Source: Turneriella sp. (GTDB lineage: Bacteria > Spirochaetota > Leptospiria > Turneriellales > Turneriellaceae). From it: a stretch of 64,000 nt of DNA. The notes below the pieces were generated by a model that was not told the DNA's origin, did not search any database, and saw only the letters and a list, made by a program, of their open reading frames with translations. This document shows, piece by piece, positions 18,934 through 28,925 of this stretch; position 1 is the first letter of the stretch; every line of letters starts with the position of its first letter. Location: assembly GCA_965279515.1 (NCBI GenBank), contig CBDIID010000003.1, positions 3,264,001 to 3,328,000 on the forward strand, given 5' to 3'. Both the position numbers and the translations under genes were made by a program.

Positions 18934-20313
18934 ATGATGTTATTAAACTTGCGAACATTTTTATTGCCGGGGGCACTGTGCCTGGGCCTTTCATCGGCCG
19001 GTTGCGTATTCGGTAAGAAAAAACTTAATGCCGAAGTCATTGTCATCGGCGCGGGGATGTCAGGCATTGCGGCAGCCAGCGAACTCAAAAAAAACGGCAT
19101 CGACGTTTTGGTGCTGGAAGCGCGCAACCGCATCGGCGGCAGAATTTACAGCGACCGCTCGGCGAATAATGTACCGTTCGAAATCGGCGCCGGTTGGATA
19201 GAAGGCATAGATGGTAGTCCGCTGGTGCCACTGGCGAAAAGGCTGGGTGTGCAAATGATTCCAGACGAAGGCGGCGACGAGGTTTACCTGGATAACAACG
19301 GCAAGCGGCTTTCCGATGCCGCCGCGTTTCGCATCCGTAACACGTACGAAAGGTTCACCGCATTTCTGGAAGCGGAACGCGAACTCAAAACGACCGACGG
19401 CGCTTTGGAAGAATCGATAGAAAAATTTGCAAAGCTTGCAGGTCTCGCGGCTGCAGACCGTAGTGCCTTAAACTTTTCCGTGAGCAATGTAATAGAATCT
19501 GACTACCTCGGCGATGCAAAAGAATTGTCGATGCAATATTATGACAGCGACGGCGGCCATGGTGACGACAGTGCGACGATCCGCGAGGGTTATGACGAGA
19601 TGGTAAAGCGTCTCGCCCGCGGCGTCAATGTCATGCTGGGGCAGGCGGTGACGCTTGTGGATACGACAGGCGCAGATGTCGTCGTAGAGACGGCGAGCCA
19701 CAGAATTTCCGGCAAACGGGTACTGGTCACCGTACCCCTCGGCGTCTTGCAGAGTGGTGCGATTGAGTTTAAACCCGGGTTGCCCGAGAAAAAGCGCCAG
19801 GCGATGCAGCGCTTGAAAATGGGGATTCTCCACCGTGCATATTTTCTCTTCGAGCGCCCGTTTTGGGACACAGACGTACATACTTATTTTCACGTCTCCA
19901 ATACCAAAGGCGAGTGGCCGGCATTCGTGAATATGCAGTATTATAACGGCCAGCCGGCATTGCTGGCATTCCATGGCGGCACGGCAGGGGCGCGGTTAGA
20001 CGGGATGAGTGATGCTGAAATTGAAGCCGCGGGAATGCAGGTGCTGAGAAAAATCTTTGGCAGTGCGACTCCCTCGCCGAAGCGGGTCATCGCCTCGCAT
20101 TGGGGCAAGGATATTTGGTCGCGCGGATCCTATTCCTTCATTCCGCTGGGGGCTACCGGCGACGAACATGATGTATTAGCCGAACCTGTCGGGAACAAAC
20201 TCTTTTTCGCGGGTGAGGCTACGACGAAGGAAAATCCTGCGAGTGTGCACGGTGCTTATAAGTCAGGTCTGCGTGAGGCGCGCCGCATTCAACGCGCCGC
20301 AGCAAAACTTTAA
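18934..20313 (+). CDS. Flavin monoamine/polyamine oxidase family protein, probable lipoprotein
   Basis: IGAGMSG, EARNRIGGR, GAGWI, SRGSYS, FAGEAT and VHGAY motifs; lipobox SAGC. Confidence 0.9.
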   Translation: MMLLNLRTFLLPGALCLGLSSAGCVFGKKKLNAEVIVIGAGMSGIAAASELKKNGIDVLVLEARNRIGGRIYSDRSANNVPFEIGAGWIEGIDGSPLVPLAKRLGVQMIPDEGGDEVYLDNNGKRLSDAAAFRIRNTYERFTAFLEAERELKTTDGALEESIEKFAKLAGLAAADRSALNFSVSNVIESDYLGDAKELSMQYYDSDGGHGDDSATIREGYDEMVKRLARGVNVMLGQAVTLVDTTGADVVVETASHRISGKRVLVTVPLGVLQSGAIEFKPGLPEKKRQAMQRLKMGILHRAYFLFERPFWDTDVHTYFHVSNTKGEWPAFVNMQYYNGQPALLAFHGGTAGARLDGMSDAEIEAAGMQVLRKIFGSATPSPKRVIASHWGKDIWSRGSYSFIPLGATGDEHDVLAEPVGNKLFFAGEATTKENPASVHGAYKSGLREARRIQRAAAKL

Positions 20314-20316
20314 AGC

Positions 20317-21789
20317 CTAGCCCTTTTCTGACAGAACGGCGAGCAGCCCCGGCACGACTTCGCCGGCTTCGAGTTTCTGGTGGATCTTTTCGAGAATGCC
20401 GGCGAGTAAGTGCTTACCGGTCTTCGCAGAACCCAGCCGTCCCAGTAGCGCAGCAAAATCTCCCGTCGAGAGTTCCATGGCGCTGAACGCGTCATGCGAC
20501 ACCATGACAAAGTGGCTGCCCTGTGTCAGGCGGTGTTCTGACACCATCGTATATTCGCTGCCAAACTGTTCGCTGCCGAGGTGAATTTCATGGCAATCAT
20601 TGCCCGTAACTTCGAAAAGGTGGATGCCCCCGGCGCGGTAGATATCCATGCTTTTTTGGGCTTCGTCGAGCCTTGCGAAAAGAATACCCGGCACAACTTC
20701 ACTGTGCGCGAAGAATGCCGTCCAGAGGTTGCGCGCGATTTCATCGGAGGCCAGGTTTTCTTTCGCGAGCACCCAGAAGCGTTCCTGGATACGGTGCTTG
20801 ATGAGTACGGCTTCGACTGTATCTGAATCGGTGATGCCGACCAAAACGTCGACACGACCCTGGTCCTGCGAGCCGCAGATGAATTCTTTGGTGCCCACCT
20901 TCGGCCGACGCGGGTAGACGGCAAATTCATAAGATTGCATGCGGGGGAATGGCTTTTCGAAGAGTTTTGTCTGCATGATTTGCAGTGCCGCGTCGGAGCC
21001 GGAAACACCAGGTACCGCCACCGGGCCAGAGGCAGGCCGGTTGCTGAGCCTGATCTTTTCGTCTACGGCATGCATCAGCGCTTCGACTTCTTCATACTGC
21101 GGTTCGATGCTGTCGACGCGCAATGAATCGACGTCGAGGCCGCGGACAATCTGTGCGAGCGTATGCGCCAGCGAGTGGCCGAAGTGGTAGACAAAGAGCG
21201 TATTGATACCGACAGCAAGCAGACATAACAGAAGAAACGAAGCGGCAAGGGTCAGCATCTTGGGCTTCTGCGCCGTGACCCCTACCATGATCGTATAGGC
21301 GTCCTGAACGAACGCGGTGTATTGCACGCCGTCGAATATGTAGAGCGGCGCCGCCGAACGTTTTCTCAGGTGGCTAAGTGTATCTTCCAGAATCTTGTGC
21401 TGCAGTTCGACGTCGCGCAGACGCAGCTTCGGATCGGTCGTGTAGCGGCTAAGGCCAGTGGAAATTTTCTCTTCGCTGTGGTCGATCAGGCGTTTTTTGG
21501 CGTCGAAAACCCCGATCGCGTCGCTAAATCCGGCGTCTTGCAGGCGGCGCATGAAGGTGGTCGAGTTGATCGTGTCTTTGCTGTTCGCCACCGCGCGCAC
21601 GATGACTTCGGCCGCTTTGGCTTTCTGTTCGAGCTGCTGGTTTGCGAGCCGTGAAAACAGAGAAACGGAAAGAACGAAATAAATTGCCGAAAAGATGACT
21701 CCCACCGATAGCATGATGAGGCCCAGGGTTAAAGTAAGCTTCATGGCCAGCGCAGGGCGCGCTTTGCCGGGGACCGCGGAAAAAGACAT
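20317..21789 (-). CDS. Membrane sensor with a degenerate SpoIIE/PP2C-like domain
   Basis: Two TM helices flank an extracytoplasmic domain, followed by a HAMP-like linker and a SpoIIE-like fold pattern (A..MQ..L..., YRAGG) lacking the catalytic Asp motifs. Confidence 0.6.
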   Translation of the reverse strand: MSFSAVPGKARPALAMKLTLTLGLIMLSVGVIFSAIYFVLSVSLFSRLANQQLEQKAKAAEVIVRAVANSKDTINSTTFMRRLQDAGFSDAIGVFDAKKRLIDHSEEKISTGLSRYTTDPKLRLRDVELQHKILEDTLSHLRKRSAAPLYIFDGVQYTAFVQDAYTIMVGVTAQKPKMLTLAASFLLLCLLAVGINTLFVYHFGHSLAHTLAQIVRGLDVDSLRVDSIEPQYEEVEALMHAVDEKIRLSNRPASGPVAVPGVSGSDAALQIMQTKLFEKPFPRMQSYEFAVYPRRPKVGTKEFICGSQDQGRVDVLVGITDSDTVEAVLIKHRIQERFWVLAKENLASDEIARNLWTAFFAHSEVVPGILFARLDEAQKSMDIYRAGGIHLFEVTGNDCHEIHLGSEQFGSEYTMVSEHRLTQGSHFVMVSHDAFSAMELSTGDFAALLGRLGSAKTGKHLLAGILEKIHQKLEAGEVVPGLLAVLSEKG

Positions 21790-22043
21790 ATGTTATTATA
21801 GCATCGGCAGACGGGGCGTCAAATTTGAACGAGAGCTGCGCGGCAGACCGCAAAACGCGAAAATTTGGGAAAAGTTTCGTGATTTTTGTACCAAAAATCA
21901 CTCCATGAACGGGCAAATGCCCGCTTTTCCCGAATTTTTTCGTTTTGCATTTCCGTTCTGAAAATTTATCAGCGGTCTGCCGCGCAGCTCAATCGATGTT
22001 CCGGATTATCTTTACACGAGGTCAAAATCTCCGGCGCTGAGTA

Positions 22044-24743
22044 ATGGCCCAAAAGTATGTCTATTTCTTCTCGGCTAAACGCACCGAGGGGGGCGCAGGG
22101 GACAAAAAGCTCCTCGGCGGCAAGGGGGCGAACCTCGCCGAGATGACCACGCTCGGCATTCCGGTGCCCCCCGGCTTCACAATTTCAACGGAAGTCTGTA
22201 CCCACTATTATGCTCACAATAACAGCTATCCATCCGAACTGCAGGGGCAGATCGACGCCGGTATCGCCGAGCTCGAAGCTGGCATTGGCAAGAAATTCGG
22301 CGATAAAAAGAACCCTCTTCTAGTCTCCGTGCGCTCCGGCGCCCCGGTATCGATGCCTGGTATGATGGATACCATCCTTAACCTCGGCCTCAACGACGAA
22401 ACGGTCGCCGGCCTCATCGAGGGCTCAGGGAATAAGCGCTTCGGTTATGACAGTTACCGCCGTTTTATCCAGATGTATGGCAATGTCGTCATGGGCATGA
22501 AGCACCACGATTTTGAACATATTCTCGAAGGCATCAAAAAGGCAAAGGGTGTGACAGAAGATCTCGCCCTCGACGCCGAAGATCTGCAAAAACTCATCAC
22601 CGAGTATAAGGCCGCGGTGAAGGCCAAGACCGGTAAGGATTTCCCCCAGTCGCCGAAAGAACAACTCCTCGGCGCCATCGACGCCGTGTTCGCGTCGTGG
22701 ATGAATGACCGCGCCATCACCTACCGCAAGCTCAATAATATCTCTGAGGCGCTCGGCACGGCTGTGAATGTGCAATCGATGGTCTTCGGCAATATGGGCG
22801 ACGACTGCGGGACCGGCGTCGCCTTCACGCGCAACCCCGCGAACGGCGAACGCAAGTTCTACGGGGAGTTCCTCATGAACGCGCAGGGCGAAGACGTGGT
22901 TGCGGGCATACGCACACCGCTCTCGATCGAGAAACTGATGGAAATCATGCCCGATGCGATGAAAGAACTTTTGTCTTACGCCGACAAACTCGAGCACCAC
23001 TACAAAGACATGCAGGATATCGAGTTCACCATCGAACGCTCGAAACTCTATATGCTGCAGACACGTTCGGGCAAGCGCACCGCGTTCGCCGCGATACGCA
23101 CGGCGGTCGAGATGGTCGATGAAAAACTCATCGACGAAAAGGCTGCACTAAAACGTATCGACGCGAGCACGCTGCCCTCGCTGCTCGCGAAAATTTTCGA
23201 CGAGAAAGAGAAAAAAGAAGTTCTTGCCAAAGGTCTTGTGGTCGCTTCGGGACTACCCGCAGGCCCCGGCGCTGCGAGCGGCAAGATCGTGCTCACCGCA
23301 GAAAAAGCAGTCGAGTGGGCCGCGCAGGGTGTGAAGTCCATTCTGGTGCGCGTCGAAACATCGCCCGAAGATATTTCGGGGATGCACAGCTCTGAAGGCA
23401 TTTTGACCGCCCGCGGCGGTATGACCTCGCATGCGGCCGTGGTTGCGCGCGGCATGAACAAACCCTGCATCGTCGGTTGTAGCGCGCTCGAAGTCGACTA
23501 CAAGACCGGCACCGTCGAGTTTAACTCCGGCACGCCGAAAGCGGCTAAGTTCAAAGAGGGCGATCCGATTTCGATCGACGGTTTTACCGGGCAGGTTTTG
23601 AATGCCGCGCTGAAGACGATCCCCAGCGAACTCGAGCAGGTCTTTGTCACAAAGACGATGCCGGTCGAAAAATCACTACTCGCCCAGCAATACGGCCGCA
23701 TCATGGAATGGTCTGATAAGCTCAGCCGGCTCAAGGTGCGCACCAATGCCGATACCCCGCAGGATGCCGCTGTCGCGCGCAGCTATGGCGCGCAGGGCAT
23801 CGGTCTCTGCCGTACCGAGCATATGTTCTTCCATGAAGACCGCATCGCCGCGATGCGCGAGATGATTTTGTCGTCGACCGTCGAAGAGCGCGAAAAGGCG
23901 CTGACCAAACTCTTGCCTTACCAGCGCGATGACTTCAAGGGTATTTTCTCCGCCATGGAAGGTCTGCCGGTGACCGTTCGTCTGCTTGATCCCCCGCTCC
24001 ACGAATTCTTACCGCATGAAGAAGAGCAGATCGCCGAGCTGGCGAAAGCTTTCGGCAAGACGATCCAGTACGTGCACAAGAAGATCGACGACCTCAAAGA
24101 ATTTAACCCCATGCTCGGTCACCGCGGCTGCCGGTTGGGAGTCACCTACCCGGAAATTACGGCGATGCAGACGCGTGCTATTATCGAAGCAGCTGCAGAG
24201 CTCATCAAAGAAGGAAAAAAGGTATTCCCTGAAATCATGGTGCCTTTGGTCGGCCACTACAAAGAACTCGCCAACCAGGCAAAGGTTATCCGCGATACAG
24301 CCGACGCCGTGCAGAAAGAGAAGGGCGTCACCGTCGCCTACAGTATTGGAACCATGATTGAAGTGCCGCGTGCGGCGGTCACGGCCGACGAGATCGCGCA
24401 GCATGCCGAATTCTTCAGCTTCGGCACGAACGACCTGACGCAGATGACGTCGGGCTTCTCGCGCGACGACTCAGAGCACTACCTGCCGTATTATATCCAG
24501 AAGGGTATCTATCCGCAGAACCCGTTCCAGGTATTAGACTGGGAAGGCGTCGGTAAACTCATTGAAATCGCGATTGAGAAGGGCCGCAAAACCCAGCCCA
24601 AGATTAAACTCGGCGTCTGCGGTGAGCACGGGGGAGATCCCGATTCTATCAAGTACTGCCACCGCGTAGGCCTGGATTACGTGTCTTGCTCACCCTACCG
24701 CGTGCCGATTGCCCGGCTCGCGGCGGCGCAGGCGACTCTTTAA
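22044..24743 (+). CDS. ppdK: Pyruvate, phosphate dikinase
   Basis: GGKGANLAEM, SMPGMMDT, GGMTSHAAVVARG, FSFGTNDLTQ and GVCGEHGG motifs. Confidence 0.99.
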   Translation: MAQKYVYFFSAKRTEGGAGDKKLLGGKGANLAEMTTLGIPVPPGFTISTEVCTHYYAHNNSYPSELQGQIDAGIAELEAGIGKKFGDKKNPLLVSVRSGAPVSMPGMMDTILNLGLNDETVAGLIEGSGNKRFGYDSYRRFIQMYGNVVMGMKHHDFEHILEGIKKAKGVTEDLALDAEDLQKLITEYKAAVKAKTGKDFPQSPKEQLLGAIDAVFASWMNDRAITYRKLNNISEALGTAVNVQSMVFGNMGDDCGTGVAFTRNPANGERKFYGEFLMNAQGEDVVAGIRTPLSIEKLMEIMPDAMKELLSYADKLEHHYKDMQDIEFTIERSKLYMLQTRSGKRTAFAAIRTAVEMVDEKLIDEKAALKRIDASTLPSLLAKIFDEKEKKEVLAKGLVVASGLPAGPGAASGKIVLTAEKAVEWAAQGVKSILVRVETSPEDISGMHSSEGILTARGGMTSHAAVVARGMNKPCIVGCSALEVDYKTGTVEFNSGTPKAAKFKEGDPISIDGFTGQVLNAALKTIPSELEQVFVTKTMPVEKSLLAQQYGRIMEWSDKLSRLKVRTNADTPQDAAVARSYGAQGIGLCRTEHMFFHEDRIAAMREMILSSTVEEREKALTKLLPYQRDDFKGIFSAMEGLPVTVRLLDPPLHEFLPHEEEQIAELAKAFGKTIQYVHKKIDDLKEFNPMLGHRGCRLGVTYPEITAMQTRAIIEAAAELIKEGKKVFPEIMVPLVGHYKELANQAKVIRDTADAVQKEKGVTVAYSIGTMIEVPRAAVTADEIAQHAEFFSFGTNDLTQMTSGFSRDDSEHYLPYYIQKGIYPQNPFQVLDWEGVGKLIEIAIEKGRKTQPKIKLGVCGEHGGDPDSIKYCHRVGLDYVSCSPYRVPIARLAAAQATL

Positions 24744-24745
24744 GG

Positions 24746-25861
24746 TTACTGCCCGCAAGCGGACTTTTGCAGCTTGGTGATGTGGCCTTCATAAGACCAC
24801 ACCGCTGAGCGGAAACGGCCCCAGTTTTTACCTTTGAGCCCCTGGTCCATGGTCTTCGCCAGCGTTACCATCTGTTTATCGCCGCCGGCCTGAATCAGTG
24901 CCTTCACCATATCTTTATAACCCACGAGGTCTTCTTTCTGGGTATTGAAGTTAAACTTCGGCGGCATTTCCGTCTTCAGCGATACAAGCGCCGATTGAAA
25001 CTCGGTCAGCGCCTGGCACTGTTCGGTCTGCTCGTCGCTGCCCGCGGCCTGCGCCGGAGTGATATCCTGCTCGATACTCGCCTGCGGTGTCTGTGCAGCA
25101 GCGCCTTTCACGAGCTGGTACTGGGGATCCTGGGTTTTCTGTTGCGCGCTATTGATCTGTATCTGCCGCGTCGCCTGCTGCATGATCGTATCCCAGTTGG
25201 TATCGTTCTTCTTTACCTCGCCGCGCACGATCGTCACAAACCGGCTCGTGAATGCCCCGCCCGCAGAGTCTTCGCCGAAAGAGAATTGTCCGATCTGCGA
25301 GCCCGAAACATAGATGCGGCCGGAGAATTCGACGAATAGCTTCTTCCAGAGTTCGTCCTTATCTTGTTGCATCGCGCGCGAGCCCATCGAGCGCGGCGGG
25401 TTGTCAATAAAGCTGTTGCAAGAATCGCTGATCGCGAGTATCATGCGGGGCTTTTTCGCGGCAAGTGTGTCAATCACCCATTGAAAATCCACACCCTTTT
25501 CGCCCGCGTCGGGAATATAGAGCAGCGGCCAGCGCGTTTTCACCTGGTGCGTTCTGAAGCCGTGGCCTGAGTAGTAGAAAAACACTGCATCATCGGGGTC
25601 TGCCTTGAGGCCTGTCACCGCCGCAGTCACGAGTTTCGACTTGATCTGTGCGCCTTTGAGCACCTTGAGGTCGAGGGTTAGCCCCGTGCGCGCCGCAATG
25701 TCGCGTGCGAAGGCTTCGACGTTCTTGAGGTCAGTGACGACAGATTTACCGATCGAACGGTCGTTGGTGTCGCCGATGAGCAGTACGCGGAATGACGCTG
25801 CCGAAACGGCTACAGGCAGAAGCAGAAAGGCGGCGATGGCCGCTGCAAAAACATTACGCAT
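24746..25861 (-). CDS. Secreted caspase-family (peptidase C14) protein
   Basis: Signal peptide; FYYSGHG and SDSC His-Cys dyad; GGAFT; helical C-terminal domain. Confidence 0.85.
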   Translation of the reverse strand: MRNVFAAAIAAFLLLPVAVSAASFRVLLIGDTNDRSIGKSVVTDLKNVEAFARDIAARTGLTLDLKVLKGAQIKSKLVTAAVTGLKADPDDAVFFYYSGHGFRTHQVKTRWPLLYIPDAGEKGVDFQWVIDTLAAKKPRMILAISDSCNSFIDNPPRSMGSRAMQQDKDELWKKLFVEFSGRIYVSGSQIGQFSFGEDSAGGAFTSRFVTIVRGEVKKNDTNWDTIMQQATRQIQINSAQQKTQDPQYQLVKGAAAQTPQASIEQDITPAQAAGSDEQTEQCQALTEFQSALVSLKTEMPPKFNFNTQKEDLVGYKDMVKALIQAGGDKQMVTLAKTMDQGLKGKNWGRFRSAVWSYEGHITKLQKSACGQ

Positions 25862-25864
25862 GAT

Positions 25865-26410
25865 TTATTTTCCGTTGCCGAGTTTGCTCAGACCCGGGTC
25901 ACCGGGAAAAACTTCCAGCGAAAGCGCCAGTATCTCTTTGCGTGCGGCGTCGAAATCTTCCAGGTTACCTTGCTTGCCGTCGCGCCCGAATGCCACTTCG
26001 TTGCACGAGAAGCAAAATAAGGCATGCGCCTGCTTGCCGTCTTTTTCAAAGATAAATCCGACATAGGGCCTGAACGGGCAACGCTTCGTGGTGGCGAAAT
26101 CGTATGTTCCAGTATTGAATATCGTCGCCTGCAGTCGCTTTATATGATCGGCGGTCAGGGCCTTGCCTTTTTTGACGATTGCGTAATTTTCGAGATTTTC
26201 CTGTTTTTCGCCGGAACCCTGTTCTGAATTCACGAGCACGGGAATCACACGCGTGGCATCGGCATAGATATCCTTGCCGGCCAAAAGTTTTTCGACCTGG
26301 GCGTCGACGTTACCTGTGAACATATTTTTTCCCTCCGAGCCGCTGCCGCCCGATTTGCATGCAGAAACTGCGAATACTGCAGCCGCGATGGCTACGCTGA
26401 TTTTTTTCAT
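25865..26410 (-). CDS. Hypothetical lipoprotein
   Basis: MKKISVAIAAAVFAVSAC lipobox; KRCPFRP and LFCFSCNE motifs. Confidence 0.75.
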   Translation of the reverse strand: MKKISVAIAAAVFAVSACKSGGSGSEGKNMFTGNVDAQVEKLLAGKDIYADATRVIPVLVNSEQGSGEKQENLENYAIVKKGKALTADHIKRLQATIFNTGTYDFATTKRCPFRPYVGFIFEKDGKQAHALFCFSCNEVAFGRDGKQGNLEDFDAARKEILALSLEVFPGDPGLSKLGNGK

Positions 26411-26439
26411 GGCGTGATTTACCGGAGAGGTTCGGGAAG

Positions 26440-26859
26440 TCAATGACTAACCGCGGTTTTTAACGCGGCGCCCAGCTTTTGCGCGATCGCGTCGCGGCCT
26501 TCAGATGTATAGGGTGTCATAGGCAGATTTCCCCATACGGGTTTCGGCCATGCGGCGTCGTTATCGAAGCGCGCAATGACGTGCACGTGCAGTTGTGGCA
26601 CAACATTTCCCAGCGCAGCAATATTCAGCTTAGTGGGATGCACTGCGGTTTTCAAAACAGCGCTCGTTATCGCGATTTCTTTCCAGAGCGTTGCCTGGTC
26701 GGGCTCACTGAGATCAATGATCTCCCGTAAATCGGCGCGGCGCGGTATCAGCAAAAGCCAGGGTAATGCCGCGACATCCATGAGCCGCACCGCGCAGAGA
26801 TCGAGATCGAGCACGGGTACCGAATCGGCGGCAATTTGCGGGTGGAGTTCAAAGGCCAT
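26440..26859 (-). CDS. HIT family hydrolase
   Basis: MAFELHPQI start; LNIAALGNVVPQLHVHVIAR...AWPKPVWG. Confidence 0.92.
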   Translation of the reverse strand: MAFELHPQIAADSVPVLDLDLCAVRLMDVAALPWLLLIPRRADLREIIDLSEPDQATLWKEIAITSAVLKTAVHPTKLNIAALGNVVPQLHVHVIARFDNDAAWPKPVWGNLPMTPYTSEGRDAIAQKLGAALKTAVSH

Positions 26860-26860
26860 G

Positions 26861-27514
26861 TTATGCGTAAGTTGCCAGATCGGAAAATCTTTCGAGCCTG
26901 ATCGCGTACTCGGTGATTTCGCCCGCCGGCGCATGGCCATAGGCGCACCAGGCAAAATCCCCGCGAATCGCCTGCGCCGCTTCGAGATCGCTCAGGCGGT
27001 CGCCGACCATGAGAATCTGTTTCGCTTCAATACCCGAGGCGACATAGGTTTTCAGGATATCGCCCTTAGTGAAGATCTTAATCCCATCAATATAAGTGGG
27101 ATTTATCACGTAGTCGAAAATCTTCAACTGGCGCAGTATTGCTTCGATATAGGGCCGCCGGCCGTTCGACGCCACGAGAATTTTACCGCCACACGCCCGT
27201 ATCGCTTCGACGGTCGCATGCACATCAGGGTAATATTCCCCTTCGCCCTTGTCGATCCGCGCACAGAGGAGGCCAAGAATGCTGTCAGAGATCTCGTAGC
27301 GGTCGGCGTCGGGCAGATCGGGAAAGAGATTCTCGAAGATCTTTTTGACCGGCTTACCGATCTCGAGCATGATGCGCTCGCGGCCGGGGGTAACGAGCGT
27401 GGTACCACGGGCTTTGCAGAAATTTTCGATCGCCTCTTTGTAGGTCGGATAGATAATTTCTTCTGAGGAAAAGATGGTGCCGTCGATATCGAGGGCGAAA
27501 TATTTATATTTCAC
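26861..27514 (-). CDS. HAD family hydrolase (phosphoglycolate phosphatase-like)
   Basis: DIDGT, ASNG, K and MVGDRLSD HAD motifs I-IV. Confidence 0.92.
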   Translation of the reverse strand: MKYKYFALDIDGTIFSSEEIIYPTYKEAIENFCKARGTTLVTPGRERIMLEIGKPVKKIFENLFPDLPDADRYEISDSILGLLCARIDKGEGEYYPDVHATVEAIRACGGKILVASNGRRPYIEAILRQLKIFDYVINPTYIDGIKIFTKGDILKTYVASGIEAKQILMVGDRLSDLEAAQAIRGDFAWCAYGHAPAGEITEYAIRLERFSDLATYA

Positions 27515-27517
27515 GTC

Positions 27518-28135
27518 TTATTTAGATTTATACTGCAAGGGTACTTCAATGGAATAACCCATATTTTGTCCATTCACCACATGCGGTGGGCATTTTTTCG
27601 CGCCGAACGCGCGTGCCCCTGCTTTGATGAATAGTTTTCGCATTGCCGGTACCTGGTCCTCATCTACATCGGGGGGGAACTCTACGGCAATAGGGGTGTC
27701 TGAGCGCACATTACCAAACTTATCGACAACCAGCCGCACTGTTACTGTAGCTATCTGCACATAAGGTTTGGCTTCCGTCGGAAAATTATGGCTTGCGCAT
27801 TTGCCGATATCCGGAATCTGTTCGCTACCGGTTAGGTTCACCGGCGGTGCGGTATCGACTTCGTGCGCTGCGGGTGGAACATTCTTTTCGACGGGCGCAG
27901 TTTTGTCCGCCGGTAAAACCGGTTTTACTTTTTCGGCCTGCGCGGCTTTTGACGGCGGAAGTTTGATTTCTGCTGTGGGTGGTTGCGGCGTATTGACAGC
28001 CGGTTGCGGCGTGCTCGCGGGTGCAAGGTTTGCCGCCGTCTGCGGTGTGCCCGGCCCGCAAGGTTTCAGGAAAAACAGGATTGCTGCGGCCGCACCTGCA
28101 ATGAACAGGAATATCAGTACATTACGCGTAGACAT
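27518..28135 (-). CDS. TonB-like energy transducer
   Basis: N-terminal TM, Pro-rich linker, and a C-terminal FPTEAK...VRLVVDKFGNV...IEVPLQY TonB-CTD pattern. Confidence 0.65.
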   Translation of the reverse strand: MSTRNVLIFLFIAGAAAAILFFLKPCGPGTPQTAANLAPASTPQPAVNTPQPPTAEIKLPPSKAAQAEKVKPVLPADKTAPVEKNVPPAAHEVDTAPPVNLTGSEQIPDIGKCASHNFPTEAKPYVQIATVTVRLVVDKFGNVRSDTPIAVEFPPDVDEDQVPAMRKLFIKAGARAFGAKKCPPHVVNGQNMGYSIEVPLQYKSK

Positions 28136-28158
28136 CGGGGAATAATTCTGAGCAGAGC

Positions 28159-28854
28159 CTAATTGTAAAGCTCATAACTCAGCGGCACTTCGAGTTTATA
28201 GGGCTTGGGCGAGCCGCCTGCCGAGTAGATCGGGCAACGCCGCCCCAATAACGATGCACGAGCTGCGTTCATGAATAATGTCTTCATTCTGGCCTTGAGA
28301 TCGGGGGGCAGTTCTTTATTCAGCTTCACGTACAGTGGCTTCGCCTCGCGCACGATGCCCGTCTTGTCTACGGTGATCTGAATGGGTACGAGTGCTTCTT
28401 CGACATAGGCTTTCGCTTCCGCCGGAAAATTGCGCACGGCGCAGCGCGCAATGTTCGGGGCATTACCGCCCGAACCTGTGCCGTCGACGTCGAGATCGAC
28501 AACACCTTCGCCGTCGACGCTGCCGCCGGCTTCGTTCGCGGGCAGGTTAGTGGCTTCTTTCTTCTCTTTGACGAACTGGTTGCCGAAGACTTCATCAATC
28601 TCGATTACGGGAGCCTTGCGCGCGCGCGGTTTAAAATCCCCCAGGTCAATCGACGCCGATGAGAATGGAATCTCACGGCCTTCGCCCTGCCAGCTCACGC
28701 CGATGTAGACACCGGCTTCCGTGGCAAGAATGAGTGCAAACGCGATGGCGAGATATTTCTTTTTTTTGTCGTCGGGAACTTTGCGGAAAGAATTGATCAG
28801 ACCGCCGAACACGCGTTCGCCGCTTGAAAGCAGTATACCACCCAACTCTTCCAC
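28159..28854 (-). CDS. TonB-like energy transducer (paralog of the adjacent gene)
   Basis: TM helix, acidic linker, and FPAEAK...ITVDKTGIV...LEVPLSY. Confidence 0.65.
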   Translation of the reverse strand: MEELGGILLSSGERVFGGLINSFRKVPDDKKKKYLAIAFALILATEAGVYIGVSWQGEGREIPFSSASIDLGDFKPRARKAPVIEIDEVFGNQFVKEKKEATNLPANEAGGSVDGEGVVDLDVDGTGSGGNAPNIARCAVRNFPAEAKAYVEEALVPIQITVDKTGIVREAKPLYVKLNKELPPDLKARMKTLFMNAARASLLGRRCPIYSAGGSPKPYKLEVPLSYELYN

Positions 28855-28925
28855 GCCGCCAGCACCTAAGGTAAAATCACAGGGACAAGATTTAATCGCA
28901 TACGGGGTGCGACGGCGCCATCAAA

